Below, piece after piece: positions 38,056-50,436 of a stretch of 64,000 nucleotides of DNA (the stretch's first letter is position 1; each line of letters opens with the position of its first letter). The DNA comes from Mobula hypostoma (lineage: Eukaryota). Below the pieces are notes generated by a model, which was not told the DNA's origin, ran no database searches, and saw nothing but the letters and a program-made list of their open reading frames with translations. The position numbers and the translations under genes are program-made. Where the stretch lies: positions 15,998,001 through 16,062,000 of the forward strand of contig NC_086109.1 of assembly GCF_963921235.1 (NCBI RefSeq). The letters run 5' to 3'.

Positions 38056-39424
38056 TATTTCTAAGTGTAAGTGATAGTGATCATCTTAGGTACTGCTGCT
38101 GCAAAACAACAAATTGCATGACATATGTCAGTGACAATAAACCTGGTTCTGATTTTAATGCTGAGATTGGAAACTAGATCTTCAGTAGGAAGTTGGGGGT
38201 AATGAATGGACATGGCTCATTTAGTCCTGGTAAAACCGGCTCTGGGGTTAATGCTCTTTTCATTACTTGCCAATGGTACTAAGACCCTACTGGCATAGCA
38301 AAAGAAGAATTAAAAGCATTCCCCAAGTGGACAAAACAATCTGATGTAATTTCTGTTACGATTATCCTATGGACGTGCATCAAGGCAGTTCCTGCAGCTC
38401 ATTGTCAATATTTATCTCTCAACCAGCAAATGAACCGAAGCGAGAGAATTTTGTTTTAACGCTGTATGTTGAGATGATTGGTGGACTCTGCTCAAAGGCT
38501 GGGGGAAGAAGATTTCACATTATCCATCAAGAGAATGTTGGTTGCTTCCGTATGCCTTTTCCACCATTCAATAAGGTAAGTCTAGACCCTTCACTTTCCT
38601 GTGCTGACCTCATATATTTTGACTCACTTAACTCATAGATCAGAAAGATTTAGAGCGTAAGAGAAAAGGAGTTGGGGAGGGCACATTGGATAGGTTTACA
38701 AACCTGAATTGATGAAGCAATTTTTCTTCTGGGCTGTACCATCGTTGATTCTAATTGACAGAGACTGATTACTATGGTTAGCTTGTAAGACAATAATTAT
38801 TATTGTTGCACTATCAGGCAGATTAAATGGACCTTGTACTTTTCCTCATCTGGAAATTCCTGTGTCTGTAAGTGAGAGTTATGAACTGAAAATTACTAAA
38901 AGTCTGAGTTCCCCAGACCCTCCATAGCAGGAGCAGAAACATCTCGAGAATTAGAGATTAATCTCCCTGCCAATACGCTGAGAAGCCCAGGAGAAAAATA
39001 ACAGCATTGCAGTCATTCACTGAATTCTTTTGTTTACAAACTATATCCTTAGAGTCTGGTTTCATAAACCTGACTGATAAATCAGCCCATCAACCAGGTT
39101 GTGAACTCTTCTCTTATTACCAGATACGTGGTGCCCAGGAATATATTTGAAGTGATTCTGGTCCCTGATTATCCAGTTAGTCACTTTCCCTTGCAGCAAC
39201 ACACAAGATGCCGAAGGACCTCAATGGATTAGACAGCATGACCCGCGGAGAGTCCTCACCATCTTGCGAGATGCTACAGGTTCCAGTATCTGCAGCTTCT
39301 TGTGTCTCCTCGTCACATCCCCCTACTCTTCGTCATATCCTGGTTCTTGACCCCCTTCATTCATGGGAATATTTTCTATCAACTTTGTCCACACTCAGTT
39401 ATTAGGCACATATGTATATCTCAG

Positions 39425-39800
39425 ACAGCACACACAAAATGCAGGTCGGGCGGCATCTATGGAAATGAATAAACCACTGACATTTTGGGCTGGGACCCTT
39501 CTTCAGGACTGGAAAGGAAGAGGGAAGACAGCAGAATAAAAAGGTGGGAGAAGAAAAGGAGGCTAGTAGGAAGGTGAAGCCAAGTGGGTGGGAAAGTTAA
39601 AGGACCGGAGAAGAATGAATCTGATAGGAAAGGAGAGAGGACCATAGGGGGAAAAGGAAGGAAGAGGGGACCTGGGGGAAGGTGTTAGACAGGTGAGAAG
39701 AGGTAGAAGGTCAGAGTAGGAAATAGAGGAAGAGGGAAGGGAGTAAAATATTTTTACTGGAAGCAACAATCAATATTCATAGGTTGGAGGCTACCCAAAT
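39425..39800 (-). mobile_element. Penelope-like 3' fragment/pLTR
   Basis: Similar to 51675-52225; decayed hammerhead ccagtcctgaagaagggtcccagcccaaaatgtc on the minus strand. Confidence 0.68.
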
Positions 39801-40363
39801 ATGTAGGAGTCACAGGAACCTAAACAACAGATTCTTCCCCCACTATCATCAGGTCCTTGAATTGATCTGAATAGCCCTAATTCTATTTCAGGCTTGATTT
39901 CTCTCAAGTTACACTAATGATATATTTGCTTATGCTTATTCTGTTGTGCAAACTATAAATGAATTACACACTTTATTAGGCACACATTGATGCAAATATC
40001 TAATCAGCCAAGCATGGGCCAGCAACTCAATGCATAAAAGCATGCTGACATGTTTAAGAGGTTCAATTGTTATACAGAGCAAACTTCAGAACGGGGAAGA
40101 AATATTATCTAAGTGACTTTGTTGGTGCCAGACAGGGTGGTTTGAGTATCTCAGAAACTGCTGACCTCCTGGGAATTTTCACACAAAACAGTCTCTAGAG
40201 TTTACAGAAAATGGTGAGAGAAACAAAAAGCATCCAGTGAGCACCATTTCTATGGGTGAGAACACTTTGCTCATGAGGGAGGTCAGAAAGAATGGTCAGA
40301 CTGACAGGAAGGTGATGGTTACTCAAATAACCAACAGTGGTGTGCAGAAGATCATCTCTGAAC

Positions 40364-41801
40364 CAATGTTTCCTCTAATTTCTTTTTAGACCTATATGGA
40401 CAGAGCATTGCTCTGTTGAGAAAATTTTAAATTTTATCACACTTTAACTATTTTCTGTAATAGAATGAAAATAGAAAAATCATATACTTCTGATTTCTTT
40501 TATTAATTGAGGTATGAGGGCCATTTACTTTGCTTGGCAGTGTAATGATAATAGTTATGGTCTTACGAACTAGCCATAGCAATCAGCCTCTGTCAAGTGA
40601 TATAGGGTCGGTACAGGAAAGTGAAGGGTCCAGAAAGTCTGTCATTATATATTAATGACTTGGATGAGGGAATTAAATGCAGCATCTCCAAGTTTGCGGA
40701 TGACACGAAGCTGGGTGGCAGTGTTAGCAGTGAGGAGGATGCTAAGAGGATGCAGGGTGACTTGGATAGGTTGGGTGAGTGGGCAAACTCATGGCAGATG
40801 CAATTTAATGTGGATAAATGTGAAGTTATCCACTTTGGTGGCAAAAATAGGAAAACAGATTATTATCTGAATGGTGGCCGATTAGGAAAAGGGGAGGTGC
40901 AACGAGACCTGGGTGTCATTATACACCAGTCATTGAAAGTGGGCATGCAGGTACAGCAGGCGGTGAAAAAGGCGAATGGTATGCTGGCATTTATAGCGAG
41001 AGGATTCGAGTACAGGAGCAGGGAGGTACTACTGCAGTTGTACAAGGCCTTGGTGAGACCACACCTGGAGTATTGTGTGCAGTTTTGGTCCCCTAATCTG
41101 AGGAAAGACATCTTTGCCATAGAGGGAGTACAAAGAAGGTTCACCAGATTGATTCCTGGGATGGCAGGTCTTTCATATGAAGAAAGACTGGATGAACTGG
41201 GCTTGTACTCGTTGGAATTTAGAAGATTGAGGGGGGATCTGATTGAAACTTATAAGATCCTAAAGGGATTGGACAGGCTAGATGCGGGAAGATTGTTCCC
41301 GATGTTGGGGAGGTCTAGAACGAGGGGTCACAGTTTGAGGATAGAGGGGAAGCCTTTTAGGACCGAGGTTAGGAAAAACTTCTTCACACAGAGAGTGGTG
41401 AATCTGTGGAATTCTCTGCCACAGCAAACTGTTGAGGCCAGTTCATTAGCTATGTTTAAAAGGAAGTTAGATATGGCCCTTGTGGCTACAGGGATCAGGG
41501 GGTATGGAGGGAAGGCTGGGTTCTGAGTTGGATGATCAGCCATGATCATAATAAATGGCGGTGCAGGCTCGAAGGGCCGAATGGCCTACTCCTGCACCTA
41601 TTTTCTATGTTTCTATGTTTCTATTATATTATTGAATGGTGCAAGAGGCATATGGCATCAAATAGATCTGGAAATTGTTTTCAAAACTTGAAGGATTTTC
41701 TTTGCTGTACTGGACTTCATATTTCATAAACTTTTTCTTGTCTCTCTTTATTCCTGCTGCATGGCAAAAACGACAATGTGCGCAGCTTAGAGGGAACAGT
41801 T
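40364..41801. mobile_element. Non-autonomous hAT-like element (~0.46 kb without the nested CR1)
   Basis: Imperfect TIR caatgtttcctctaa / ttagagggaacagtt; 8-bp TSD ctctgaac (40356-40363) / ctttgaac (41802-41809). Confidence 0.68.
40645..41623 (+). mobile_element. Young 5'-truncated CR1 (HER1-like) LINE
   Basis: From YINDLD onward almost identical to 17988-18960; (TTTCTATG)n tail; attatat at both junctions. Confidence 0.95.
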
Positions 41802-42184
41802 CTTTGAACGCACAACACGTTGAACTTTGAAGTAGATAAACTACTGCCGAAGTAGAAGACGAACATACAATCAGTGACCACTTAATTCGGTATAGGAGAT
41901 ATCTGATAAAATGATCATTGAATATATATCTTCCATTATTTTAAAAGTTGCTATCTGATCCCTTCACATCCTTTGTCTGAAAAGAACAAGTATTTGAATT
42001 TCCCTGTAATTTCCATGCCAACTTGACCTTCAGTGTCTTTCCCATCATCTTTCAGCCCCTGGGTTATTTCCAATAGTGTAGACGTATCTTTATTATTTCT
42101 TAACTAGAACGTAGTGTCTCTTTTCTAACACTCAGTACAACTGATTATGAAGCCTACGCCTCGCATTAAGATGCACATCAGCAT

Positions 42185-42556
42185 ATACAAAAGCACTTTA
42201 CAGAAAATAAAGATCTTCCTGAAGTGCAGTCACCGTTGTAATGTAGAGAGCATAGCTTGTGGTTGGCAATTCCCAGAACTGGCAGTCTGATTGCAATTAA
42301 GTGATATTTTCTTGACGCTGATTGAGGCATAGATGTTCTCTGGGACAGATGGGAAAACTCTCTCTTCCTTTCTTTCTGAGATTGTGTCATGGGATCTTTT
42401 GCATCAACATCAGAAAGCAGACAGGGCAGTTGTTTAAGGCTTTTCAAAGGATGCACCTCTGGCGGTGTGCAATCCCTCAGGCAGATTGTCAGTGCATAAG
42501 GATAGAGTGGGACTTGAATCCATAATTGTTGGACTCAGAAACTGAAGTATACTGAC
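42185..42556 (-). mobile_element. Old DeuSINE-like (SacSINE1/AmnSINE1-type) SINE
   Basis: Recalled Deu-domain blocks: aaagcactttaca, gaagtgcagtcaccgttgtaatgtag, catgggatctttt, gcagacagggc..gtttaa, gcacctc; tRNA B-box reverse complement gtgggacttgaatcc. Confidence 0.62.
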
Positions 42557-43109
42557 ATGGTCAAAACAATCTCGATCTAGTTGCATGTTCAGCGACGATG
42601 ATTCCTTAAACAAAGCGATTCGCAAATTAAGTCAATGAAGCAGCTATCAAGATGAATCCGTTATAAATTCATCATCCTCAGGTTATTGCGTGAAGATGCT
42701 TGTTGAACAGTTCAAATCCATTGAGAAGTCCCGGGAGAACCTTGTGCACCTTTAAACCACTTCATATTTTTCAATGACACATGCTAAAGATGTATCAGAT
42801 GGCAGCATGATGTCTCAGAGAGATAAGAACCAGGAACATTCATGTAACGTATGGCATGACCACTGAAATCATCCAAAAATCAGATTAGTTGCCAGCTTTT
42901 ATTATCGGATTCACCTTGCCCGTTCAAACACCACTGCTCAGGTGACGGGAGTATGAATTGTCAGTCACGGGTATTAAGCACAGCAGCTGTGTCATTGGAC
43001 GTGCAAAGGAGAGGAACAGTCTAATGTAGTGATGTGAGTTCAAGACCTTGCAGAGCAACTGGGAAACCTAAATTCAATTCATTAACTAAATCTAAAATGA
43101 ACAGATAGT

Positions 43110-43705
43110 GTCAAATTTCTATAGATGTGGAGTGGAAAGTGTATTGACTGGCTGCTTTATGGCCTGATATGGGAACACCAATCCCTTTTATTGGAAAATC
43201 CTACAAAAGGTAGTGGATTTGGCCCGGTACATCACAGGTAAAGCCCTCCCAACCATTGAGCACATCTACATGAAACACTGTCGTAGTGCAGCACTTATTG
43301 CCAATGATGCTCACCACCCACGCCGCAGTCTTTTCTCGATGCTGCCATTGGGTAGAAGGTACAAGGGCATTAGCACTTGCACCACCAGGTTCAAGAACAG
43401 TTACTACCCCACATTCACCAGCCTCTTAAACAAAAGAGGATAATTACACTCATCTATTGAGATGTTCCCAATGAGATGATCTCATTTTAAGGACTCTTTA
43501 TCTTGTTATTTCATGCTCTCGTTATTTGTTGCCATTTATTTATATTGGCATTTGCACAGTTTCTTGTCTTCTATGCTCTTGCTCTTTTATTGATTCTGTT
43601 TACAGTTACTGTTCTATAGATTTGCTGTGCTTCCAGCAGGAAAAAGAATCTTAGGGTTGCATGTGGTGACATATGTGTACTTGGATAATAAAATTTACTT
43701 TGATT
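43110..43705 (+). mobile_element. Rex1-like LINE 3' fragment (similar fragments at ~50860-51385, ~53560-53910, ~31320-31670)
   Basis: LPTIEHIYMKHCR...HHPRRSLFSMLPLGRRYK...TTRFKNSYYP matches the Rex1 C-terminus at 26027-26345; tail aataaaatttactttga. Confidence 0.7.
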
Positions 43706-45488
43706 TTAGTGTTGGTAATGTCAAGGATAAAAACTGTTGTAAGACACAAGCTGGTTCACTAACACATACAAAATGCTGGAAGAACAGAGCAGGTCAGGCA
43801 GCATCTATGGAGAAGAATAAACAGTCGCCTATTTGGGCCAAGACCCTTCATAAGAAAGGGGGAATGGGCCAGATTAAGAAGTTGGGGGAGGAGAAGGAGT
43901 ACAATCTAGAGGGTGATAGGTGAATCCAGGTGAGGGGGAAGGTAGTCTGGATTTCCAGCATCTTGTGTGACTGATTCACTAAATTGGGCAGTCAATGCTG
44001 TCCATCTAATCTTTCAACTCAAGCTGAGAGTCTAAACACCTCAACCATAATGCCTCAGCCCTGTAGCAGCCAGAATTTTTGAGTTTCAATCTTTGGAGGA
44101 GGATTTGTAGCCAAGGCCTTCTTACACAAGTGATAAAGTTGCTTCGGTCTGAGCTGCAGAAGACGGAACCGAATAAGATCCACAAAAACTACTAGATGTT
44201 AACGTAACCATAGGAACTCAGAAGCTGAGTTTGGTTTGTGTGATTTCTGTAGTTTCTGAACATTAATCTTAAACCCTATGCCAAAAAAAAAGTACTCTGG
44301 AGTTGCTGGAATCTAGGTGCAGTTGTTCCAGGCTATTGTGTGCTGGCTCTTTGGAAGAACAGCAGACAGGAAGGACTCCGTGTGTCAGAACTGAGTGCTT
44401 TTTCCTCACTCGATATGCTCGTCATATTCAGGTTCAGATTTATTTATTCACAGGTAGATTGAAACACACAGTGACTGCATTATTTGCATTTACAACCAGC
44501 ACATCCAAGGATGTGTGGGGGGGGGGGGCAGCTGGCAAATGTCGCCACGTGTTGTGGTACCAGTATGCATGCCCGCAGAGCTTGGCAGAACAATACAGAA
44601 GACAACAAGTGACAAAAAAACAATAGAGAAACCAAAGCACAAGAACATCAGCAGATGCTGGAAATGCAAAGCAACACACGCACACACAAAAACACTGGAG
44701 GAACTCAGAAGGCCAGCCAGTATCTGTGGAAAAAAATAAGCAGTCAATTTAGGGCCAAGAGCCTTCCTCCTGACCATCTCCGTTCCTTTTTCCCACCCAC
44801 ATACATGCAGCACAGTCTGTCTTCCACCTGCCTTTAACTGGTCTTTGTTTATTATTGTTGCATATACCAAGGTAGAGTGAAAAGCCTTTGTGTTCCATTT
44901 AGGTATATCATGCCCTATTAAAGTACATCAACATAGTGCAAAGTAAAACAGAATATAGAACATAGTGATGCAGCTGGAGAGGTAAACAAGTAAACAAGTA
45001 AAGTGCAAAGACCATGGTGAGGCAGACTGGCAGACCGAGAGTTCGACTTTGGCATTCGAGGGGTCCATTCAAAAGTCTAATAACAGCACGATCAAAATTA
45101 CCTCTGAGTCCAGTGGTACATGCTTTCAGCTTTTTTTATCTTCGTCCCAGTGGATGATGAGAGAAGAGAGGATGACCAGAAATGGGGGAATTCTGGACTA
45201 TGTTTGCTGCCTTCCTGAGTGAGCAGGAAGTGCAGGTGGAGTTACCGGAGGAGAGGCTGCTTTGCATAATTGACTGAATTCCGTTCACAACTCTGTAAAT
45301 TTCTTGTGGTTTTGGGAAGAGCAACTGCCACACCAAACTGTGATGCATCTGGACAGAATGATTTGAATGCTTTATAACCAAATAAATACTTATGATGTAA
45401 CAGATGCAGGTCAGGCTGCATCTATGGAAAGGAATCTATGGAACGGTCAACGTATCAGGCCGAAACCCTTCTTTAAGACTATTGAAGT

Positions 45489-46388
45489 TGTGACGAGAAT
45501 ACACATAAATTAAGATGTTAGCTGGCCTGGGCTGGCACCAGTGGGATCAGCAGTTGGTCTGCCACCTGTCTTCAGGAGAAAGAGAGATAAGGAAAACAAC
45601 GGAGCAGCATTTGGAGATGTTAATGAAGGGACGGGAGAGAGTAACGGAAGGAGAGCTGTCAAGATCGGCTCCCCCTTTGAACCCTGAACTGTTTGAAGTG
45701 ATGGACAGGCGATACTCCAGCAGGAGGATAAAAAGGGACAGGTTCGCTAAGGCAAGACACACACGACACCCCGAGATAACGAGACTCTGGAAGCGGTGCG
45801 TCTCCCACAAGTTGGTGGGAAGTTTTGGACGGCTAGTCGCGGGACCAAGCCATAGACACACAGGGTGGAAAGGCACGATTTGCGGGAACCTGGTGTGTGT
45901 CCACCCTTGCCTGGGTGCCAGGTTCACTGCAGAGAAACGATCATATCTGGAAACGGAGGGGTCACGGTCGGTGACCTCAGATGACATCACAAAGGACACA
46001 CACGAAAGCTGACTGAGAAGAATATCGAAGGTCTATGTGGAAGCCGCTTGAATATTCATTCGTTTTGCTCTCTTTCTCCTTCCCCCCACTGTCCATCTCC
46101 CATGGCAGCGATTACTGCGAACTGAACTGAGCTAAATTGAACTGAACTTTGCGTCACTTTGAAACTGGTCATTTACCCCTAGACAACGATAGAGCTCTAT
46201 TGATCCTGTTATCTTAATTCTGTGTACATGTGTGTTTATCATTGCTGAGCTGTTGCATTTTTATCATTTTGATTAGAGTACTGTGTTGCTTGTTTCTTTA
46301 ATAAAACTTTCTTAGTTCTAGTAATCCAGACTCCAACTGAGTGATCCATTTCTGCTGGTTTGGCAACCCAGTTACAGGGTACGTAACA
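45489..46388 (+). repeat. 5' LTR
   Basis: Direct repeat of 49535-50436; AATAAA at ~46300; roughly 35 differences between the LTRs by eye (~96% identity). Confidence 0.95.
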
Positions 46389-46392
46389 TAAG

Positions 46393-46411
46393 TGGGGTTC
46401 TCGTCCGCGAT
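46393..46411 (+). promoter_or_regulatory. Primer-binding site, tRNA-Pro type
   Basis: TGGGGTTCTCGTCCGCGAT vs canonical tRNA-Pro PBS TGGGGGCTCGTCCGGGAT, 4 nt after the 5' LTR. Confidence 0.8.
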
Positions 46412-46487
46412 TTTGAACGCTAAATTTGGGACGGAGTAAATTGATTGGGTTAAAATTCTCGAAAGAAAGAAAAGACAAACAGCAGAA

Positions 46488-48694
46488 ATGGAGGCTGAGG
46501 AATTTATAAAAGCGCCGACCTTGGAGGCATTAGAGGGTGCCAGGAAAATGAAATTGGTAGCTGTGGCCAAATGGTTGAATCTTGCTAAGGGGAAGTCGAC
46601 AATGAGGAGAGAGGAGATACACAGAGCTATCGTAGAGCACTATGTATCTAAAGGTGTGTTTCCCCAAGGGGAGCTGGAGGTGGTGTCTATTGAAAAACCT
46701 GCTGGAGACGCGGTACAGGTGCAGCTTGAAAAACTGAGACTCGAGCACGAGTTCCGGGTATGGCAATTGGAGAGAGAAGAGAAAGTGAGAGACAGATAGT
46801 TGGAGCGAGAAAAGAGAGAGAGAGAGAGAGACAGTTGGAGCAAGAGGAGAAACAGAGGGAAAGGGAATTCGAGCTGGAGAAGTTAAAGATAAGGGCAGAG
46901 CAGGGGTCCGTGCCGAAACAAGGTGGAGGGTTCCGGGCAACCCAGGAGGTTAGGCTGGTTCCCCCATTTGACAATAACGATGTGGATCGGTACTTTCTCC
47001 ATTTCGAAAAAGTTGCTACCAGTCAGGACTGGCAGAGGGATAAGTGGGCTGTTTTGCTTCAGAGTGTACTGAAAGGGAAAGCCCAACAAACTTACTCAGC
47101 TTTGTCCGCGGAAGATGCCCAGAGGTATGGGGTGGTGAAAGAGGCCATCCTCAGGATTTATGAGTTGGTCCCGGAGGCATACCGGCAGAGGTACCAGAAT
47201 GCGAGGAAGAAGTGGGACCGCACGTATTTAGAGTTTGCCCGTGAGATGCAGACATATTGTGAACGTTGGTGCGCCTCGAAGGGGGTAGAGAGGGATTGTG
47301 ACAGACTGCTACAGCTGATCCTGATTGAGCAGTTTAAAGGTTGTGTCCCTGAGGGTATGAGACCCTACCTAGATGAGAAAGAGGCAGCCACGTTAGCCGC
47401 AACTTCTAAGTTAGCAGATGAGTATGCGTTGACGCATAAAATGAAGTTTTCCCCGAGTAAAGGCTACCAGAAGGGTAGTCAGGACGGCGGGGAGAGTCCG
47501 CCAGAAAAGTCAGAAAGTAAGCCGGGGACTAGTGAGAAGGATAAGGTAGACCGGGAGCAGTCTGGTAGGAAGTGTCCTGGGGTCGTCTGTTATAATTGCG
47601 AAAAAGTCGGACACTTTGCGTCCAGGTGCTTTGCCCCAAAGAAGGAGAGGGGAAAAGGAAAAACGGCGATTTTGACTGGCTGTATCGAGCTGGTAAACGA
47701 ACCGCTAGGAAAGGACAGGTCTGCCAAAGTTCAGGAAGGGCGCGAGAGGTTTATCTCGGCCGAATTGGTGTCAGTGAAGGAGGGGTTAAAACCGGTTCCA
47801 GTGCGGATCTGGAGAGACACGGGAGCGTGTCAGTCACTGATACTGAAGAGTGTATTAGAGTTTAGCTCAGAGATCCAGACTGGGGAGGTCAAGGTAAAAG
47901 ATATTGGAGGAGGGACAGAGGCAGTCCCTTTGCACCAGATACACTTACAAAGCAACCTGGTCTCTGGACTAGTCACGATCGAGGTGAGGCCCGAATTACC
48001 GATGAAAGGCGTGGAAGTCTTGCTCGGTAATGACATCGCCGGAGGAATTGTGTTCCCAGCAGTGAGATTGACAGGTCAGCCTGCCAGCATTGAGGCCCCG
48101 CCCATGGACTCACAGGTTCATCATGGGGCTGCCGAAGTAAATTTAGCTGAGACGTTTCTGCCAGCCTTGTACGAGAAGGGGGTAGAAAGTGAAAAGAAGG
48201 AGTGTGGTGAAACAAGAGGTAGTGAGGGAGCTGGGACAGACTTAGCATTAGCCAGGAAAGAATTTGTGCAGGCACAGGAGCGAGATGAGGGGCTGATGGT
48301 TTTGGAGGAGACAGCTCTCTCTGACGCAGAATTAACAAGGGAACTAGTAGGCTATTGTGTGGAGGAGGAAGTGCTAAGGAAGAAAGGGAGGCCAAATACC
48401 GTACCCGCAGATGAGGAATGGGGGGTGGTGCAAAAGAGTTATGGGGATGAGATTTTTAACCTGGCCCACAAGGTACCCCCCGGTGGACATTTTGTGGTGC
48501 TGGGGGAAACAGTTGGTGGAATCATGAAAGAGGTTTACCGGCTGCCCAGGAGGAAGGATGTTATTGATCATGGCAGACACGAACTGAGACAGTCACAGGC
48601 TTTTGATATGCTAACAAACCTAGTCGGTGTTAGCGCAGAAATCAATGAAGCTAGGGTCCCCCTGATAAGAAAAAAAAACATTTTGAAAAGATGA
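46488..48694 (+). pseudogene. gag: gag-protease(-integrase remnant) polyprotein: SCAN-like capsid, CCHC knuckle, aspartic protease
   Basis: PPF..DVDRYFLHFEKVA...YRQRY...LILIEQF...LADEY; CYNCEKVGHFASRC; WRDTGACQSLI...LLGND; LAHKVPPGGHF (IN HH motif). TAG at 46797-46799 and a frameshift in the (GA)n tract ~46812-46831, then open to 48694. Confidence 0.88.
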
Positions 48695-49415
48695 GTATGG
48701 TATCGACCAGATGGGAGAAGGCTATTGTTTTGGCCAGCTCTGCTGATAAAGTCTCTCCCTTACTCCCCGAACAAAGCGACTCTTTAGGAGAAGTAATTAA
48801 ACGACTTGCACACGTGTGTTTGATTGTCCCGAGGCGATGCAAAGAACTGGGACGTTGGGTGGTGTTTGTTACAGTAGGCCAGTCTAGTGAGCAATACTAT
48901 AGAATGAGTAATTCAGTGACGAAAGGACTGACGAACACAGAAGTGTGTATTGGCGATGTAACACGGCTGTCTGAAGCCAACTTGATAGTGAACCTTGAAA
49001 AAAATGAGTTCGGCCACACGAAGGTCACTTACCTGGGAATTGTGGTGACACAGGGGCAGCTGGCAGCGATGCAAGCTAAAGTGCGGGCTATCTCTGACAT
49101 CCCAACCCCGACAGACAAGAGGGCCCTCAGAAGGCTCTTGGAGATGGTGGGGTACTGTAGAAAGTTTGGCAATAACTCTGCGGTTACTACCACTCCCCCT
49201 CCTACTAAGCTCTTGCGAGAGGAAACTAAGTCGGAATGGGACGACCCTTGTTATTTTGGTCCGGGACGAAACCCAATGAGAGGTTACATTGATCGCAATT
49301 CATCAGTGTTTTTGGCCACTATGAAGTTTGCTAAATTGGAGTCTGGTCTAAGGGATTATTAATAACACATATAAAAGGAACAGAAAATGTGATGGCTGAC
49401 TGTCTGACAGGTGTT
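48691..49415 (+). pseudogene. pol: Deleted RT/RNase H remnant
   Basis: RMSNSVTKGLTNTEVCIGDV (decayed YIDD), RLSEANLIVNLEKNEFGHTKVTYLG, IPTPTDKRALRRLLEMVGYCRKF, HIKGTENVMADCL; most of RT, RNase H and the integrase DDE core are absent. Confidence 0.82.
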
Positions 49416-49522
49416 GACAGCTTCAAATTTGCTGTATTAGCCAAATAGCTGATAAAGATGTATATTTGTGTGTATCAAATAATGTATTCATGTTTGTAAT
49501 TTTTACCCCGGTAAAAATCCTT

Positions 49523-49534
49523 AAAGGTGGGAAG
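49523..49534 (+). promoter_or_regulatory. Polypurine tract
   Basis: AAAGGTGGGAAG immediately before the 3' LTR. Confidence 0.78.
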
Positions 49535-50436
49535 TGTGACGAGAATACACATAAATTAAGATGTTAGCTGGCCTGGGTTGGCACCAGTGGGATCAGCAGT
49601 TGGTCTACCTCCTGTCTTCAGGAGAAAGAGAGATAAGGAAAACAACGGAGCAGCATTTGGAGATGTTAATGAAGGGACGGGAAAGAGTAATGGAAGGAGA
49701 GCTGTCAAGATCGGCTCCCCCTTTGAACCCTGAACTGTTTGAAGTGATGGACAGGCGATACCCCAGCAGGGGGATAAAAAGGGACAGGTTCGCTAAGAGG
49801 CAAGACACACACGACACTCCAAGGTAACGAGACCCTGGAAGCGGTGCGTCTCCCACAAGTTGGTGGGAAGTTTTGGATGGCTAGTCGCGGGACCAAGCCA
49901 TAGACACACAGGGTGGAAAGGCACGATCGGCGGGAACCTGGTGTGTGTCCACCCTTGCCTGAGTGACAGGATCACCGCAGAGAAACGATCGTATCTGGAA
50001 ACAGAGGGGTCACGGTCGGTGACCTCAGATGACATCACAAAGGGCTCGCACGAAAGCTGACTGAGAAGAATATCGAAGGTCTGTGTGGAAGCCGCTTGAA
50101 TATTCATTCATTTTGCTCTCTCTCTCCTCCCCCCACTGTCCATCTCCCACGGCAGCGATTACTGTGAACTGAACTGAACTAAATTGAACTGAACTTTGCG
50201 TCACTTTGAAACTGGTCATTTACCCCTAGACAACGATAGAGCTTGATTGATCCTGTTATCTTAATTCTGTGTACATGTGTGTTTATCATTGCTGAGCTGT
50301 TGCATTTATTATCATTTTGATTAGAGTACTGTGTTGCTTGTTTCTTTAATAAAACTTTCTTAGTTCTAGTAATCCAGACTCCAACTGAGTGATCCATTTC
50401 TGCTGGTTTGGCAACCCAGTTACAGGGTACGTAACA
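49535..50436 (+). repeat. 3' LTR
   Basis: Direct repeat of 45489-46388, followed by TSD AAGT. Confidence 0.95.

Larger units (their letters stand above)
39967..41924 (+). mobile_element. Non-autonomous Tc1-like copy hosting a hAT element and a CR1
   Basis: HTH-coding stretch is continuous across 40363|41810 (catctctgaac|gcacaacacgttgaac); decayed double TIR at 41868-41924. Confidence 0.75.
45489..50436 (+). mobile_element. Structurally complete Gmr1-type Gypsy LTR retrotransposon, internally deleted (non-autonomous)
   Basis: Two ~0.9-kb LTRs TGTGAC...GTAACA; TSD AAGT (45485-45488, 50437-50440); PBS; PPT; gag-PR, then an integrase zinc-binding remnant before the RT remnant (PR-IN-RT-RH order). 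Confidence 0.93.

Noticed and set aside
45515..46012. ORFs within the LTRs (165 aa +, 150 aa -)
   Set aside because: No recognisable motif, and indels break these frames in the 3' LTR.
46760..48694. 644-aa ORF as a domesticated SCAN/zinc-finger host gene
   Set aside because: It lies between intact LTRs with PBS, PPT and TSD; the listed ATG is out of frame with the true gag start at 46488.
48691..48694. ATGA stop/start overlap as translational coupling
   Set aside because: More simply explained by a frameshift in the upstream A-run of a decayed pol; no other support.
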